From positions 63-64,062 of the forward strand of contig WFMW01000028.1 in NCBI GenBank assembly GCA_015488885.1: 64,000 nt of DNA, read 5' to 3'. The position numbers and the translations under genes are program-made. Positions 56,001-64,000 of this stretch are shown piece by piece (position 1 is the stretch's first letter; each line of letters begins with the position of its first letter). The stretch comes from Gammaproteobacteria bacterium. Its GTDB lineage: Bacteria; Pseudomonadota; Gammaproteobacteria; SZUA-229. Under the pieces are notes generated by a model. It had not been told where the DNA came from and did no database searches. It saw only the letters and a program-made list of their open reading frames with translations.

Positions 56001-56186
56001 GTTATTAACTCGAACCAGAATATCAGGGGCAATAATATGAGGCAGTAAATTAACCCTCAGATTATGCAATGAAAATAGCCCGAGAATAAAAACCGCAAGG
56101 GTAAGCATGGAAATACCTACCGGATGGTAAACAGACCATGCTGCCAGCCCACCAGAACGAAAGCGTTGCTTCATTTTCTGCTTCAT
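53028..56186 (-). CDS. AcrB/MdtB-type RND efflux permease
   Basis: 1052 aa; GLLIDSTIVMLENI, GIVVNNAIVL, RLRPILMTTLTTVFGMLPLA. Confidence 0.92.
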   Translation of the reverse strand: MKQKMKQRFRSGGLAAWSVYHPVGISMLTLAVFILGLFSLHNLRVNLLPHIIAPDILVRVNNPGVPASIMEDQVTRQLEEQLAITEGATAIQSRTSEGRSAVDLSFPYGTDIDTALRDASIRLERARRFLPTSDEPPVIYKRDPAQIAVLELVVSSFALDPIQLRSWVDYTFSKWFLNLPGVASVEVGGGLQREIEILPDEEKLASVGITLQSLEQQIKTRNMDVPGGRMFTGHQVLGARTAGRFQSLEELRNLPLTLTGKTQAGNDNSDDIHLKDVATIIDGHKDEKLRIRLNKIPGVKMSIQKQPQANTVAVVDEVRHRLHYLQQQKVIPRSTHIAIVGDQSTFVRHAINNASYAAISGALLAMLVIYIFLGSIQRTLIIGSAIPIGVMVTFILMDAMHLTLNIMTLGGLALGTGLLIDSTIVMLENISRHQAQGELKNTDAIDAATEVNSPIVASTTTNLAALLPFLFIGGLSGLLFRDLIITLSAAMAAALVVALTLVPALGAQIKKCQREPLLVKRILHKLTTGYKKISQLSLKHSGFTLLIFCLLLLISVMTFIKLKAIYLPVVDEGIVSIYITGDSGMELDEMDSAVDKIENLLLADANVKTVFTTAGGFVFGRSEYQNSNRSSIKVQLLPRSQRFVTTQQWLKQARKKINQLNLAGFRFYLKVNSVRGVRTSNNDDDISLHIQGNNLQTLRRLGKKAVRLLEKVPGLSNLNQSYDEVKEELLVKINRQRASEYAIDSKEIGHALRIALDGDIISDYIEGDKSFDIRMRLKKSATHTIEALENIIVTIKNGSPVRLGDIATLKRSISPSRIIRYQQQRIVEISASYKKAVNHQQVLKQAMQKLRALNLPHGYVLYDNNSNKTLQESRRNSLWILALAVFMVLVVMAVQYESLLNPLIIILSIPFALIGVASGFLLNTSMPLSMPVWLGLIMLTGIVVNNAIVLVEQIEIEREFGLSIVEAIQQAGRLRLRPILMTTLTTVFGMLPLALGLGEGAEMLQPLAFVVVWGLSFSMLVSLILVPVVYRLFHSRQERPRDLKTAPEKGYN

Positions 56187-57322
56187 TCTGATACGGGTAA
56201 ATCAGCCGTTGAGGTTGGGGGGAGAGCCATCTTAACGATCTGTACCTGTTGATGATTACGCAAACCCAGAAAACCACGTGTTACAATTTTATCACCGGCA
56301 TGAAGTTTACTGAGAACCGTGGTTTTATTGGCATATTCCGGGCCTTTCTCAAAAAAAACTTTTTCGACCTGATGCTTTCCCTTATGTGTTTTAATAACCC
56401 GATAAACATAACTGCCCGCCACATCCTGTTGAATACAGCGATTGGGTACCAGTAGCTGGCTGACAAGTTGTAACTTCAGCTGTACTTTTACAAACTGGCC
56501 GCTACGTATATGACTGGAAACCGGGATCAGTTGTATTTCTATGGTGCCTTTATGATTGTCAGGGTTAATCGTGGGAAAAATGCGGGTGATTCTTGCCTTA
56601 ATAGTGGTATTTTTTAGTCCATTAATCCTGACCGATACCGGTTGATGGATTTTTACCAATGGCAGATAGCGTTCCGCAAGTTGCAGTTTAAGGCGAAACT
56701 TCGTCGGGTCAATTAATGTCAGGATATGTGTCTGTACGCTAACATAGTCACCCGGTTCCTGCAGGCGTTCGGTAATCACACCATCAATGGGGGCTTTGAT
56801 GGTGGTCTGCTGCAATCGTGTAAGCTGGTAATCCCTGTCTGCTTTTGCCTGCTGTAATTTCGTATTCGCCTGGTTAAAATCTTCTTTGGTGGAAATATTT
56901 TTTGGCAGTAGTTTTTTTACCCGTATTAAATCAGCCAGAGCCTGTTTATAGGTGGCACGGGATTTTTCAACTTCACTACGGATTAATCTATCATCAAGCT
57001 TGACCAGAATATCACCACGATGAATTTGATCACCCTGATAAAAAGGCAGGCGGGTAATGCGGGCATTGACTTCGCTATAAAACCTTATTTTTGTTACCGG
57101 TTCAAGATTGCCGGATAATAGTAGTTTAATAGTAACCGGCATAATACTGATAGTGGTGACAGCAACGCGATGTTGAGGCAGTGTTTTATGTTGCTGGCCC
57201 GCTGACTGTGGTTGGTTTTTATCACATGCACACAGCAAAAAAATACTGATTAGACAGGTTAACAGCAAGGGTATTTGTCCTGTTAAAGGTATCAGCTTGT
57301 GTGTACAGGTGGGTAAATTCAA
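56183..57322 (-). CDS. RND periplasmic adaptor (MFP), lipoprotein
   Basis: Lipobox LCAC; IKAPIDGVI hairpin/lipoyl motif; 4-bp overlap with the RND gene. Confidence 0.9.
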   Translation of the reverse strand: MNLPTCTHKLIPLTGQIPLLLTCLISIFLLCACDKNQPQSAGQQHKTLPQHRVAVTTISIMPVTIKLLLSGNLEPVTKIRFYSEVNARITRLPFYQGDQIHRGDILVKLDDRLIRSEVEKSRATYKQALADLIRVKKLLPKNISTKEDFNQANTKLQQAKADRDYQLTRLQQTTIKAPIDGVITERLQEPGDYVSVQTHILTLIDPTKFRLKLQLAERYLPLVKIHQPVSVRINGLKNTTIKARITRIFPTINPDNHKGTIEIQLIPVSSHIRSGQFVKVQLKLQLVSQLLVPNRCIQQDVAGSYVYRVIKTHKGKHQVEKVFFEKGPEYANKTTVLSKLHAGDKIVTRGFLGLRNHQQVQIVKMALPPTSTADLPVSE

Positions 57323-57488
57323 GATTATCTCTCGCTAAATAGTTTTTCAGTCGTTCTTCAAGATATAATAACCGATTCACATAACCGATTCACAGACACA
57401 TAATCAGCATGCTGATAGTATATGTCATTTTTAGTAACGACTGCTACATTTGTAGTTACCCTTTTTATACCATTTGTATAGAGTATTT

Positions 57489-59339
57489 ATGCCACATCGA
57501 ACTGCTACCAGCACCCCTCACGCCAACCGTAAGGACTTACATAATATTAAACGTCTGCTACCCTATATCTGGGAGTTCAAGGGTAGAGTATTACTGGCAT
57601 TAAGCAGTTTAATCTTTTCCAAGCTGGCTATCGTAGGTATGCCGCTGGTATTAAAAGATATTGTTGATACCCTTGGGGGTGTTCATCCTGCTGTTCATGC
57701 AATGCATTCTGGGACAACAGCGTCAGTGGGACAAATGCTGACCTTACCGCTTACATTATTACTGGCCTATGGTATGCTCAGGCTGGTAGCCAGCCTGTTT
57801 GGTGAACTGCGTGATGCAGTTTTTTCACGTGTACGTTACCATGCCATGCGCGCTATTTCACAGCGTGTGTTAAAGCATCTTTTTTCACTTTCACTGGCCT
57901 TTCATCTCGACAGAAAAACCGGTGGTATCAGCCGTGATCTGGAACGTGGCACAAACAGTCTCAGTTCTATATTAAATTATCTGGTGTTTAATATATTCCC
58001 GACCGCCGCTGAATTTGTCTTTGTAGCGATTATATTACTGGGTAAATATAACCCGCGTTTTGCCATTATTACTTTTGTTACGGTTGCTATTTATATAAGT
58101 TTTACCTTATTGATAACCAACTGGCGGATGCATTTTCGTCACGAAATGAATGCCCAGGAATCCACCGCTAACAGCTATGCTATTGATGGCATGCTTAACT
58201 ATGAAACCGTTAAATATTTCAATAATGAAGACTATGAAATCAATCGCTACGATAAAACCCTGGAAAAATGGGAAACGGCTGCGGTAAAAAGCCAGCAGTC
58301 TATGTCTTTATTAAACTTCGCCCAGGGTTCCGTCATTGCGGTTGGGGTTACGATCATGATGATCTATGCGGCTAAGGGGGTGGTAAATGGCAGCATGACT
58401 CTGGGTGATCTGGTATTGGTCAATACCATGATGCTGCAATTATTTATCCCATTAAACTTTCTGGGGATTATTTATCGCGCCTTGAAATATTCACTGGCAG
58501 ACATGGATATGATGCTTAAATTACTCGATACAGAACAGACAGTAAAAGATAGAGACAATGCCGGGGTTTTAAAGATTAATCAGGCAGAAGTTGAATTCAG
58601 CCGAGTCAGTTTTAATTATAATAAGGACAGAAAGATTCTACATGACATCAGTTTTAAAATTCCTTCCGGGCACAAGGTGGCTGTTGTCGGTCCTTCAGGT
58701 GCCGGCAAATCAACCCTGGCACGACTTTTATTTCGTTTTTATGATGTGGATAGTGGGAATATTTTTATTGATGGTGAAAATATAAAAAATGTAAGCCAGC
58801 AAAGTTTACGCGAAAATATTGGCATTGTTCCGCAGGATACTGTCCTGTTTAATCAGACAATTGAACACAATATCCGTTATGCCAGACTTGATGCCAGTGA
58901 GGCAGAAATACAGCAGGCGGCAAAGCACGCCAATATTCATGATTTTATTATGAGCCTGCCTGATGGTTATCAGACTATTGTTGGTGAACGTGGTCTGAAA
59001 CTTTCCGGTGGTGAAAAACAACGGGTTGCTATTGCGCGTGTTATTCTTAAAAACCCCAAAATACTGATTTTTGATGAAGCGACTTCATCCCTGGATTCAC
59101 ACTCTGAACAACAGATATTATCTGCCTTAAAGTCGGTAGCCGAAAAACATACCACGCTGGTTATTGCTCACCGCCTATCGACGATTGTTGATGCTGATAA
59201 CATTATTGTACTGGAAAATGGCTGTATAAAAGAACAGGGAACACACCAGAATTTACTCGGTAAAAACGGGCTTTACACCCACTTATGGGATTTACAGAGG
59301 AAGCAAATAAAACAAAAAGAAGACGTCGAACTGCCATAG
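57489..59339 (+). CDS. atm1: Atm1/ABCB7-type ABC exporter (permease plus ATPase)
   Basis: FHLDRKTGG, LNYETVKYFNNE, GPSGAGKS, LSGGEKQRV, DEATSSLD, IAHRLST. Confidence 0.9.
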   Translation: MPHRTATSTPHANRKDLHNIKRLLPYIWEFKGRVLLALSSLIFSKLAIVGMPLVLKDIVDTLGGVHPAVHAMHSGTTASVGQMLTLPLTLLLAYGMLRLVASLFGELRDAVFSRVRYHAMRAISQRVLKHLFSLSLAFHLDRKTGGISRDLERGTNSLSSILNYLVFNIFPTAAEFVFVAIILLGKYNPRFAIITFVTVAIYISFTLLITNWRMHFRHEMNAQESTANSYAIDGMLNYETVKYFNNEDYEINRYDKTLEKWETAAVKSQQSMSLLNFAQGSVIAVGVTIMMIYAAKGVVNGSMTLGDLVLVNTMMLQLFIPLNFLGIIYRALKYSLADMDMMLKLLDTEQTVKDRDNAGVLKINQAEVEFSRVSFNYNKDRKILHDISFKIPSGHKVAVVGPSGAGKSTLARLLFRFYDVDSGNIFIDGENIKNVSQQSLRENIGIVPQDTVLFNQTIEHNIRYARLDASEAEIQQAAKHANIHDFIMSLPDGYQTIVGERGLKLSGGEKQRVAIARVILKNPKILIFDEATSSLDSHSEQQILSALKSVAEKHTTLVIAHRLSTIVDADNIIVLENGCIKEQGTHQNLLGKNGLYTHLWDLQRKQIKQKEDVELP

Positions 59340-59380
59340 ACAGGAGGTTGGATTGAGGATATTTATTGTTCAGAGTATCC

Positions 59381-59611
59381 CTAATAATGCGGCGGTGGGG
59401 TTTCTTCGCTTTCCAGTGCAAGCGGTGATGACTGTACGGCTTTTAATTTTTTATTCAGTTGTTCAAGCTGAAATTTAAGGCTATCAATTTCTTTAGACTG
59501 GCGGATAATCATCCTGTCAAGCTGATCCTGAGTATCTTCATAATGTGTCAGGCGAATTTCAAGTTCAGTCAGACGTGCCTGCATTTGTAATTTTTCATCA
59601 TTGCTATCCAT
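59381..59611 (-). CDS. slyX: SlyX family protein
   Basis: RLTELEIRL, coiled coil, C-terminal EETPPPHY. Confidence 0.92.
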   Translation of the reverse strand: MDSNDEKLQMQARLTELEIRLTHYEDTQDQLDRMIIRQSKEIDSLKFQLEQLNKKLKAVQSSPLALESEETPPPHY

Positions 59612-60356
59612 GGCTGGTATTTCCTGGCAAAGGCTGTTTTCTGCTCTGCGCGGTTTTTACTGTCATTCTGGTGGCCGCAGCTACCGCAACCGGCATGGCA
59701 ATAAAATTGATAAAGGGAATACTGGTTAGTACAAAAATACCGGTTCCCAGACCCAGTGCGCGCATGCGGTTTTCACGGTTATACTGTTTGACTTCATCGA
59801 ATAACTGGCCACGATTACCAAGTGGGTAGTCACTGTATTCGAGGGCAAAAAACCAGGCGGCAAATAGCCCCCAGGCAAATGGTGAGATAATATTAATTAC
59901 CGGAATGAAGCTGAGAATGAATAACGGTATCATCCATTTAATAGAATAAAAAATCTTCCTGATTTCAGATGCGAGCGTTCTGCCGATAAGCTTTATTATT
60001 TTATCCGTGGATAAATCAACCGGTTTAACGCCGGTCAGATTGGCTTCGACCCGGGAAGCTAAAAAACTGTTAAAGGGGGAGGCAATTAAATTGGCTATCA
60101 GGGTAAACGTGTAAAAGATAATCAGCAGCATGGTGATATAAAATAATGGCATGATTAACCATTCCAGCCAGTTTAACCAGCCAGGCAGGAAGTGGTGTAT
60201 CCAGGTGTCGATCTGGTTGCTGAAAAAATACATTGCACTGGCAAACAGGCTTATATTGATTATCAACGGGATAATAACAAAACGTTTAACCCCAGATTGC
60301 AGGATTAAACCAAAGCCGCTAAAACAGTCAGTAAAACCTTTGATAAATGAAAACAT
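59604..60356 (-). CDS. cysZ: CysZ/EI24-family membrane protein
   Basis: IIPLIIN, ANLIASPFN, ALEYSDYP, PVAVAAAT. Confidence 0.9.
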   Translation of the reverse strand: MFSFIKGFTDCFSGFGLILQSGVKRFVIIPLIINISLFASAMYFFSNQIDTWIHHFLPGWLNWLEWLIMPLFYITMLLIIFYTFTLIANLIASPFNSFLASRVEANLTGVKPVDLSTDKIIKLIGRTLASEIRKIFYSIKWMIPLFILSFIPVINIISPFAWGLFAAWFFALEYSDYPLGNRGQLFDEVKQYNRENRMRALGLGTGIFVLTSIPFINFIAMPVAVAAATRMTVKTAQSRKQPLPGNTSHG

Positions 60357-60411
60357 GATCGATTATTAAAGTATGATAGATTTAAAGTAGATAGAGTTAA
60401 AGCAGGGTAAA

Positions 60412-61719
60412 TTAATGGTTGGGAATCGTATTCCGTGTCGATGTTTTTTTCCAGCCTCGCATAGCTAATAAGGCACTGCCATAACTGGCCTCGGTATGTC
60501 GTGCAGTGACAATCGGTAGCCCCAGTTCTCGCTGACGTATTTTAGACCATGCCTGATTGTCGGCACCACCACCACAGCTAAAAATGCGTTTAACTTTTCC
60601 CGCTCCCAGTTGTGCCAGTTTAGCATAACCCTGATGTTCAATACGGCTGATACCTTCCAGTATGGCCTGAAAAAACTGACTGTCCGAATCCGGGCGCGGT
60701 GCAAGCACGGGTTTCTTCTGACTGTCATTAATCGGAAATCGTTCCCCGATTCCTGGCAGTGGGTAATAATTCAATCCAGTTGGTTGCTCGGGATGCAGTT
60801 GTGATGTCATTTGTTCAAGTTGCTGCTGGCTGAAAAACTGTTGTAATACGCGGCCACCACTGTTCGAGGCACCACCGACCAGCCAGTGTTTACCCAGACG
60901 GTGACTGTAAATGCCTGACCCGGCATCAAACACAGCTTGTTCAGTTAATAACTTTAAAACCAGTGTGCTGCCCAGTGACGTCACCGCGTCACCCGCCTGG
61001 CTGGCGCCTGTTGCAATAAAGGCGGCAATACTGTCGGTTGTTCCAGCAATAAGCTTGCAGTCTTCGGGTAATACCAGCCTGGCTGCCATTGCCGGTTTAA
61101 CTGTGCTGATACTGTCACCGGGGGTTAATACTTCGGGCAGCAAGCTTATGTCAAAAGATAACTGCTCCAACCATTGAGGCCAGCATCGGCGAATAATGTC
61201 ATAGCCCGTTTTAAGGCAGTTGTTTTCATCGCTGATAGCGTAACAACCGGTTAAACTTCCCGACAGCCAGTCGGCCTGATGACATAAATGTCGGGCTTCG
61301 GGGTAACGTTGAGCCAGAGTCAGGGCTTTTGCCAGTGACGCACTCGCCCCATGCGCAGCACAGTCCGGGGGAGCAATACGAGAGATCATTGCTGCCTGCT
61401 CAATACTTTGCTGGTCGTTATACATTAAAGCTTTACCCAGCGGTGAACCTTCATTATCACAGGCGAGCAGGGTTCCCGAGGTGCCGTCAATAGCAATGGC
61501 ACAGATTTTACCGGTATCCGTCAGTTGTTCGCTCAGTTGCTGGATTAGCTGGTGCATGGCGGTTAGCCAGTGAGTCGCCTCGCTTTCACAGCGCCCGTGT
61601 TTAATATCAGGTATTGGCAGCTTTATGCTGTTGCTGAGTATTTCATTGGCATGCTGGTCAATCACACTGGCACGTATACCCCCTGTGCCCGCATCAATAC
61701 CCATAAAATAATGTTTCAC
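60412..61719 (-). CDS. FGGY-family carbohydrate kinase (D-ribulose kinase-like)
   Basis: GIDAGTGG, IDGTSGT, SDENNCLKTGYD, AGTTDS, SLGSTL, GGASNSGG, GGGA. Confidence 0.85.
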   Translation of the reverse strand: MKHYFMGIDAGTGGIRASVIDQHANEILSNSIKLPIPDIKHGRCESEATHWLTAMHQLIQQLSEQLTDTGKICAIAIDGTSGTLLACDNEGSPLGKALMYNDQQSIEQAAMISRIAPPDCAAHGASASLAKALTLAQRYPEARHLCHQADWLSGSLTGCYAISDENNCLKTGYDIIRRCWPQWLEQLSFDISLLPEVLTPGDSISTVKPAMAARLVLPEDCKLIAGTTDSIAAFIATGASQAGDAVTSLGSTLVLKLLTEQAVFDAGSGIYSHRLGKHWLVGGASNSGGRVLQQFFSQQQLEQMTSQLHPEQPTGLNYYPLPGIGERFPINDSQKKPVLAPRPDSDSQFFQAILEGISRIEHQGYAKLAQLGAGKVKRIFSCGGGADNQAWSKIRQRELGLPIVTARHTEASYGSALLAMRGWKKTSTRNTIPNH

Positions 61720-61765
61720 CGTTTAGCTTTCTTTTTTTTGCTCAGGTTTCTGTTTGTGGGGGCTG

Positions 61766-62155
61766 TCAGGGGAGTTTAACCACTACCGATGGCTGCCAGC
61801 CAGGATGTCGATAGTCGGCGACCACGGTTGTATAAATACCTCCACGTACTTTAAATTCGGCGCTTAGACGCATAAAACGTGGTTCACAGGCAGCCACCAT
61901 ATCATTGAGAATTTGATTGGTCACGGCTTCATGAAAAGCACCTTCATTACGAAATGACCAGATATACATTTTCAATGATTTCAGCTCAATACAGCTTTCC
62001 TCAGGCACATATTCAAGAAGCATGGTGGCAAAATCGGGCTGGCCTGTTTTCGGGCACAAACAGGTGAATTCTGGCATACGGATACGGATAGTGTAATCAC
62101 GTTGTGGTTGCGGATTAGCAAATATTTCAAGTGTTTTAGAAGGTTGTGAAGGCAT
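61766..62155 (-). CDS. queF: NADPH-dependent preQ0 reductase (short type)
   Basis: [35 protein letters not shown]. Confidence 0.95.
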   Translation of the reverse strand: MPSQPSKTLEIFANPQPQRDYTIRIRMPEFTCLCPKTGQPDFATMLLEYVPEESCIELKSLKMYIWSFRNEGAFHEAVTNQILNDMVAACEPRFMRLSAEFKVRGGIYTTVVADYRHPGWQPSVVVKLP

Positions 62156-62279
62156 AGTTTTCCCAGCAAATCGTTAATGGTCAGTAAAACTGCCTATTAT
62201 ACCTGATGGCTTAAGGATTTGACTGCTGTGGTCGATACCTGATTAACGTCCTAAAAAAACACACCCCAGATTATTATTT

Positions 62280-63800
62280 ATGATAATGGATCTTGATCAG
62301 CTAACAGAAACTGAAACACCCGCTGAAGATTTTCAGCAGGCTCTGGCAGCGCTTGCATCAGAAGGCAATATTGATGCCTGTAATCAGCTTAATGTCATGA
62401 TTACACCACTGATTAATGAGCAGAATCGGCGTTTCTGTCAACGTTTTTGCGGGCAGAATAATCGCCGTTATCAATGTAGCCTGTTGGGGGCAGAGGAATC
62501 GGTTAATAATGAGCAGTCATCCGCCACTGTATGTGAATGGGGTAAAGCCGGTTATCTATGGATGCTGGCAGCATTGACGGATCGTCAGCAACTGCTGCAA
62601 TATGAACAGCGTCATCAGGATACGCTGGCTGATTATTTCTTTCAGCATATCAATTCACTAAATTTTTATCAACAATGGAAAAACTGGCGATTTTCCACCA
62701 CACAACCGCTACCGGCGTTTATTCAGCAAATGGGACCAGACAGTGCAAAGCTGTTTCAGTTGCTTAAAACCGGGCGCAGGACAACCTTTATTGCGCAGAA
62801 TCTCTCGCTGCCAGAAACAGAAATCAGTGTAAAAATACAGCAATTGATACAGGAACTGGTCAATCGGCAGAAACTGTTTTTACTGGATAGTGCCGATTCT
62901 TCATACCCGTCAGTTAATAATATCGATGATCTGGCCGGTAAAAAGGTAGAAAATAACCCAAAGCAAACCTTGCTACAGGCATGGGAACCATTGACACCGG
63001 TTGAACAGTTTATTGTTCAGGCATTACTGGTAGAAAATCAGTCAGCAGAAGATGTGCTATATGCACTGAAAACTCTGGATATTCGCATCAAAGAAGGCGT
63101 GTTGCCCGAAGATTGTAACCCGCAGCAACTGACAGGGTTTAAACTGGCGGTATTGAAGAAGCTGGCTGGTTTCGATAATAGGGCAGGCATGACAGCCGAG
63201 ACCGATGTTCAGGCATGTCATCATCAGTCGTGCAAACAGCAAGGGCATCTGGATATAGAAAAACTGGTTTATTATACTTCTCACCCGTATGAAAAAATGG
63301 ATGAGATCTTTTGTCGGCATCTTGCTGAATGTGCCGAGTGTCGCCAGTTATTTATTACGGTTACCCGGTTACAGCAATATTCGAACATGATTATCGAGCA
63401 GAGTATAAGTCGTGATCAGCATAATCTTATTATTGACTATATCCATAACCGGCTGGATGACGTCAGTCGGACACCGGCCAGGCAGAAAATTATTACTGAT
63501 GCAGCAATGTGTAAGGCCGCCCTGCATTATAGCAGCCACAGTACAGCAATGAGACGGGGATTAAAACCGCAAAAAATCACACCTGTTATCACTGATGCCC
63601 ATCTATCTGACAATAATTGGAGCTGGTTGCAAAGCGTGTTTCGTTTATGGCGGGTGCCGACATGGCGCAGGCATGTCTTCAGTTATATAGAAAAATACTT
63701 CAACGCTTTGACTGCGTTCAAATTAGCTGCCTGGCGTACACTGGTTGCAGGTGGTATAGTCGTCATCGTTTTATTTCTGTTTATTGCACTGGCTTATTGA
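62280..63800 (+). CDS. Hypothetical protein: sigma-factor-like N-terminus, zf-HC2-like zinc motif, C-terminal TM helix
   Basis: 506-aa ORF; HTH-like IAQNLSLPETEIS; LTPVEQFIVQAL; HLAECAEC (Hx3Cx2C); hydrophobic C-terminus. Confidence 0.55.
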   Translation: MIMDLDQLTETETPAEDFQQALAALASEGNIDACNQLNVMITPLINEQNRRFCQRFCGQNNRRYQCSLLGAEESVNNEQSSATVCEWGKAGYLWMLAALTDRQQLLQYEQRHQDTLADYFFQHINSLNFYQQWKNWRFSTTQPLPAFIQQMGPDSAKLFQLLKTGRRTTFIAQNLSLPETEISVKIQQLIQELVNRQKLFLLDSADSSYPSVNNIDDLAGKKVENNPKQTLLQAWEPLTPVEQFIVQALLVENQSAEDVLYALKTLDIRIKEGVLPEDCNPQQLTGFKLAVLKKLAGFDNRAGMTAETDVQACHHQSCKQQGHLDIEKLVYYTSHPYEKMDEIFCRHLAECAECRQLFITVTRLQQYSNMIIEQSISRDQHNLIIDYIHNRLDDVSRTPARQKIITDAAMCKAALHYSSHSTAMRRGLKPQKITPVITDAHLSDNNWSWLQSVFRLWRVPTWRRHVFSYIEKYFNALTAFKLAAWRTLVAGGIVVIVLFLFIALAY

Positions 63801-63832
63801 ACAGGCAGGAACCTGATTAATTCAGCTTCAAG

Positions 63833-64000
63833 GAGTCTGTCGAACTTAACTAATCGTAGCGAGGGAAAGCCGATTTGAGACAGATTTTCCGTTATTTTGA
63901 GGTGAGTAGTGCTACATGGATGTAGCAGTTACGAACCTAAGGACGGAGAAGTACTACAGGGACGTAGTGTTTACGCACCTAAGGACGGAGAAGTACTACA
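63833..64000. mobile_element. Second copy of the GAGTCTGTC MITE with an expanded, tandemly repeated core; truncated by window end
   Basis: 63833-63910 is 72/78 identical to 22092-22169; then hairpins and a 24-nt direct repeat at 63935-63958 and 63977-64000. Confidence 0.8.

Noticed and set aside
62156-62279. tRNA or preQ1 riboswitch upstream of queF
   Set aside because: No cloverleaf, T-loop or preQ1 stem-plus-A-tract pattern visible
63935-64000. CRISPR array from the 24-nt direct repeat
   Set aside because: Only two units; the 18-nt intervening sequence resembles the preceding unit and base-pairs with the repeat; no cas genes; it lies inside a MITE

Overview
Chromosomal window of a sulfur-oxidising, denitrifying gammaproteobacterium (inferred from sqr, a sulfur globule protein, nor and nir genes). 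Housekeeping genes (3' end of pduO, ROK kinase, purL, msrPQ, accA, tilS, yccA; later pqiABC, cls, moaB, moeA, an RND pump, atm1, slyX, cysZ, FGGY kinase, queF) flank a ~29 kb anaerobic-respiration block at 16.5-45.5 kb. That block holds sqr, a cNOR operon (norCBEFQ, two accessory genes, norD), an sgp-like gene, split class II RNR nrdJa/nrdJb, a TIGR01212 radical SAM gene, ubiU/ubiV/ubiT, a TauD-like dioxygenase, pdxS/pdxT, the cd1 nitrite reductase operon (nirS, nirC, nirF, nirD, nirL, nirG-nirH fusion, nirJ, nirN) and nnrS. Six FNR/DNR-type boxes and a tandem NrdR-box pair are readable. Intergenic DNA carries at least three families of small non-autonomous elements: TGT...ACA MITEs with 6-bp target duplications, a GAGTCTGTC MITE with a 4-bp duplication, and CATGGATG hairpin elements. 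The window ends with a 506-aa orphan that looks like a sigma-like/zinc-anti-sigma/TM fusion, followed by a truncated 42-bp tandem repeat. No rRNA, tRNA, CRISPR array or transposase was found. All family assignments come from motif recognition, not database searches.
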